A DNA stretch of 64,000 nucleotides from Mobula hypostoma (Eukaryota): NCBI RefSeq assembly GCF_963921235.1, contig NC_086108.1:29948001-30012000 (forward strand). The letters run 5' to 3'. A program made the translations under genes and the position numbers. The notes beneath the pieces are model-generated. The model saw nothing but the letters and a program-made list of their open reading frames with translations, searched no databases and was not told the origin of the DNA. Of this stretch, positions 59,651 to 64,000 are shown piece by piece. Each line of letters starts with the position of its first letter. Position 1 is the stretch's first letter.

Positions 59651-61439
59651 ACAAATACCCACCTGGAGCATGAATGAAGTTATCTTACTGGGGTAGAACA
59701 TGCTGAGAAGCTGTTCCAAGTGTGGCAAAATATCAGGGTTATCTTTGTTAATCACGTTTCTTTGTATATACAATTAACATGTCAAACCGAGGTGCCAATT
59801 AATGAAAGACTATCCCAATAAATTTAAACAATGGAGTAAAAAAAGAATTTTCCTTGTAAGAAGCAGACTGTTATCCAAAGATACTTGGTATCTTCACAAA
59901 TAATATTCTTAGATCTAGCATTCTGATGGTCTGGAATTGTCACAGAAATTGGTTTTTATTTCAATCAGTAAATGTCAAATTAGTATCATAATGTTTGGAA
60001 ACAAAACATTATTCAATGATGTTATTTCATCCCACGCTGAGTGGAATGGAAGATCAATCACTTATGGCTTATTTTCCTCACTCCAGAAGTTGGTCTTGGC
60101 ATTATTGATCAGCCTTCTTCCTTGAGCCCCAACATTATTTCCATGTAGTGAATGATATAATTTCACACTCAATTTTGCTGAATCATTCCAAAAGTACTTG
60201 GATCATATAGTCCTATGGGTGGCCATTGCTCGTCACTCCCAGGCCAGCAGTGTGCCTGCCTCTGTAGAGATGAATAAATGCACTAGGTTGTGCTTCTGGT
60301 AAGATGGCAGTGCATTCAGTCGCAGCTGCTTCTAATAGGTCAACCAAAGGTATGACTGTCTTTTTTTTAAACTTTTTTTTATGATTGCAAGACCCTGCTG
60401 GATGTTTAAAAAGTTAAAGTTCTGCTGGTCTACCCAGTCAGCGAGTTTCTTATTGGCTGAGCTGGACTTAGTGCAGGTAGTGCTGCTGCCTGTGTTAAAG
60501 AGGAGTCTGTGGGTGAAGGAGGTATGCAGTCTAACAGCAAGTGATTGGCTTCGTTGTTTTGCACCTTGGCTTCAGAGTAAAAATGTTTTGTTTGGCTATA
60601 CTTAATGGGTATTCATGAATGACAATTAAACTTGGTAGATTACCTCTTCATTCAGAGGCTCAAATTTTTGACTATTGTTGTTTGAGTCCAAGATTCAAAT
60701 GTGACACCCCTGAAAAATGCCACGGTCTCCAAATTTCTCACCTCTCGCCTGTCAAACCTGTCTACTGACATAGGTTAGTCCTAATGTGATTGCTTTTTAA
60801 TTTTGTTCTGTGCCCCTCCACTACTCCAAAATATGGCAAAATCCGAACCTCAGTTCTGCATCTTCCACACCTGTAAGCTCCAAAGTTTTCTCCCCCTCTT
60901 CCCAGTCACAACACAGGGCCAGTTAAATCTGAGATCTATGAAAGCAGAAATTCATAATTTCTGCTGGAACTGGAAGTGGAAATTCGTGTGCCGGTGAAGA
61001 TGATGTGCTAATGAAGTATACATTATTACTAATATACGTATGTAACACTTCCAGATTGTGATGTTTCAAAATTCATTTGCAAATACTATATTGGGATGCA
61101 AAATAAGTTTCACATACTTTGTGCATTATGTGATTCATCATCTTTTATCAATACGCATTGATAGTTAATCTGGGATGTGAGCATTTGCAAGGCCATCACT
61201 ATTTCCTTTTAGAAGATAGTGGTGCACTGATATAGCCTGTCTATTGATTCTTCCACTGTGGTAGCTAGTTATAACCAGTCTCGTGAAGACTCCTAATGCA
61301 ATCTTCAATCATACTTTATGTAGGTTTATCTGTGTTTCAGAAAAGTACTGCTACTCAGCATGAACTTTTAGTCTGCCACCCAAGTTTGCTTTGTAACATC
61401 AGTTAAGTCCTTGTTGCTGATGACTCCATTTCACATTCT

Positions 61440-61818
61440 TTGTTTGTTATATACTATGTTGTATGACTTGAGTGATCACGGTCTTTCCCATGATTATCAC
61501 TGTTCTTGGCAAATGTTTCTACAGAGATGGTTTGCTATTCGCCTTCTTCTGGGCAGTGTCTTAACAAGACCTCAGCCATCATCAATACTCTTCAGAGAGT
61601 GTCTGCCTGACGTTAGTGGTCACATAACCAGGACTTGTGATATGCACCGGCTGCTCATAACGACCGTCCACCACTTGCTCCCATGGTTTCATGTAACCCT
61701 GATTGGGGGCTAAACAGGTGCTATACCTTCCTTGCCCAAGGGTGATCTGCAGGCTAGTGGAGGAAAGGAGTGCCTTACACCTCCTTCAGTAGAGACGCAT
61801 CTCCACCCCACCACCCAT
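61440..61818 (-). mobile_element. RTE/BovB-related SINE-like element
   Basis: Reverse complement of 37359-37730. Confidence 0.7.
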
Positions 61819-62264
61819 TTATTTCCTTAGTTAATTTAAATACCTATCAATATTTGGAAGAGGTTTTTTTTTGTCCAATGATCTCGTTATGAAATATAAG
61901 GCTGGATGCCTCACATCAAGAATCGTTAAAAATGCCCTGTTTAGGCACCTTCTATAGGGAGAGAAGATCTTCTCATTTTGAGCAGATGTCCTACCATTGG
62001 AATCTTTCCACTGTAGGTCCCATAGTCTGAAATGTTATCTGTTTGTTCACCGTAGATAATACCTAACCAATGAAGTGTTAGCAATGCTTTCTGTCATTAA
62101 GAATAAAGGCCAATGAGAATTTAATCAAATGCATGCATTTTACTACTTAATCTCTTTCTGAGTACATTATTGTGATATAGCCTCTATCTATATTCCATAT
62201 TCTAGAGTTTAGTTTCCAATTTTATAATTGCAAATCAACATGTTATAACTGGTTACATTTTTCG

Positions 62265-62630
62265 TAGGGGTGTGATTAGTAGAGCTGCTACTTACCAGCT
62301 CCAGCCACTCCTGTTTGATCATGATATCTGGTGGACTCTGTGTGGTTTGTCCATGGGTTTCCTCTGGGTGTTCTGGTCCTAAGGACATGTTGGCTGACAG
62401 GCTAAATGGTCACTGTAAACTTCCCCTAGTGTGCAGGAGGTGAGTGATAGAATGTGGGGACAATTATGGGAATATGGGGCAAATAAATAGAAATGGGATT
62501 TGTGTAGGACTGGTAAATTGTGTTTGGTTAGCACATTTGCCTGAAGAACATGTTTGATTTATATTAGTATAAAGTGTTTGGTTAGTAGGGGGACCCATCT
62601 GCCTGATGGACCCGTTTCTATGCTGTCTCT
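62265..62630 (+). mobile_element. Degenerate V-SINE
   Basis: gtagagctgct...ccatgggtttcctctgggtgttctgg...gtttctatgctgtctct. Confidence 0.55.
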
Positions 62631-63149
62631 TTAATTTCATGAAGCAATCTTAGCCTTTTTGTATTAAATATTGCCCTAAAATGAAGTCATTTAAATATTT
62701 AAGATTTTGAAAATCAGGAACAGTGAGACAAAGATGCCAGTTTCTCATCCATGTGAATCTGTTTCAATAAAACCAGAGAAATGTCCTCAAATTAATAACC
62801 TAACTAAACTGTGGGAATAAGCACCTTTCCAAAGTATCAACTATTTCTCAGGAGGCTGTTAACTCAAATGAATAGTTGATTTGTTAAGATGGAGACCCTT
62901 CCACTAGATAAAGTTATGTTGCTCCAGATTCCAGCATCTGAGGTCTCCTTTTGGAGGACATGATTTCTCTCTAGGTGACCTGTGTCCAGGCTGGACATAC
63001 AAATGAGTATTTGGGGCATCAGTGGGATGAATTTGCAAGCTGCTAAAAAAATTAAAGTGTCATTTATGATCCTGCTATTAAATTCGAAAAGACTTGGAGG
63101 CCATTTATTCAACACTTCCATATGATGTAATTTGACCTTTTCCAAAACT

Positions 63150-63520
63150 ATTCTATTACTTTCAAATATATGGAGAGAGGAGCGGAGTTAATGACGCTAA
63201 TGGTCCTATTTGACGTAACATAACAGCCCATGTCTTTTTCTTTTCTTAGTTTAGTTGCCTAGTATTGTTTAGTTTAGTTTTTCTGGGGGGGTATTTTGGT
63301 TTTTTTTTTCTTTTTTTTCAATGCTACTTCTACATTTTTTTCTTATATTATTTTCGTATTCTTATTTTGTAAGATTTTGGGAGGTTTAATATCAGTGTGT
63401 TAACTGAGTTTATATTTTTATATGCTAATCACTAATAATGTAATCCCAATAGCTTTGTATTAATATTATGTTATGTTTAACGTTTTGATATCAATAAAAA
63501 GATTGGAAAAGAAAGAAAGA
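63150..63520 (+). mobile_element. Retroelement (L1-like) 3'UTR fragment
   Basis: T-rich 3'UTR ending tcAATAAAaagattggaaaagaaagaaag. Confidence 0.5.
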
Positions 63521-63863
63521 CTTTACAAGCTGCTGCTAGCATTTCTTGCCACGTGAGAACTTGGTTTGCAGTAACATTGCGTCTTGCAGAGAAATGTTTG
63601 AGTCAAACATGATATTTTAATTACCCCCAATACCCTTTGTTGGTCTTTGTTATTGTATTGCCAACTTCCAACTTTCAAATTATGGAGTTATAAACAGTTT
63701 GGGGAACAGAACTCTGCATAACTTGGAGGGCCTACATTCACTTGAGGTCCCATGGATTGAAATATATCAAAATACAGCGCGTACAGGCTAATTATCCTCC
63801 ATGTTTAAGGTGATCATGATACCAAATGAAACTAATCCTGCCCACCTGAACATGGATTTGTGT

Positions 63864-63875
63864 ATTTATTTATTT

Positions 63876-63912
<37 letters not shown>
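63864..63912. repeat. Compound (ATTT)n(GATT)n microsatellite at the tail of a V-SINE that runs off the window end
   Basis: Direct reading; 63915-64000 matches the 1178 SINE end. Confidence 0.85.
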
Positions 63913-63913
<1 letters not shown>

Positions 63914-64000
63914 AGACATACAGCACAGAATAGGCTCTTCTTACTCTTCAAGCTGTGCCGTCCAGCAATCCCTCGATTTAACCCTAGCCTAAACATGGGA

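Noticed and set aside
56850..64000. Exons of a neighbouring gene
   Set aside because: No ORF with recognisable homology or convincing splice structure; the region is mostly repeats.
1..64000. CRISPR arrays, rRNA/tRNA genes, prokaryotic systems
   Set aside because: This is an intron-rich eukaryotic locus. The only tRNA-like sequences are degenerate SINE heads.

Overview
Vertebrate nuclear DNA, most likely a cartilaginous fish (ray or shark; inferred from HE1/V-SINE-like, CR1, Rex/Babar and Penelope repeat families). The window holds 16 coding exons (+ strand, 12172-55425) of an RGL1 orthologue (Ral guanine nucleotide dissociation stimulator-like 1: REM, CDC25-like RasGEF and C-terminal Ras-association domains). 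All have GT-AG boundaries and compatible phases, giving 2190 nt (729 aa plus stop). The N-terminal exons were not found and probably lie upstream. A ~1.4 kb 3'UTR ends near AATAAA 56825. Introns and flank are packed with CR1, L1, Tx1 and Rex/Babar LINE fragments, Penelope-like elements (PLEs), V-SINEs, RTE-related SINEs, a Tc1 transposon with two nested inserts, and a hAT relic plus MITEs. Most notable: (1) PLE-borne minimal type I hammerhead ribozymes in sense orientation in the pre-mRNA, one with a fully intact core (45795-45830); (2) short palindromic, hammerhead-containing PLE derivatives with long target-site duplications; (3) a young CR1 that appears to have inserted between a perfect TACTAAC branch point and the polypyrimidine tract of the penultimate exon. 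Repeat boundaries were placed by eye and are approximate.
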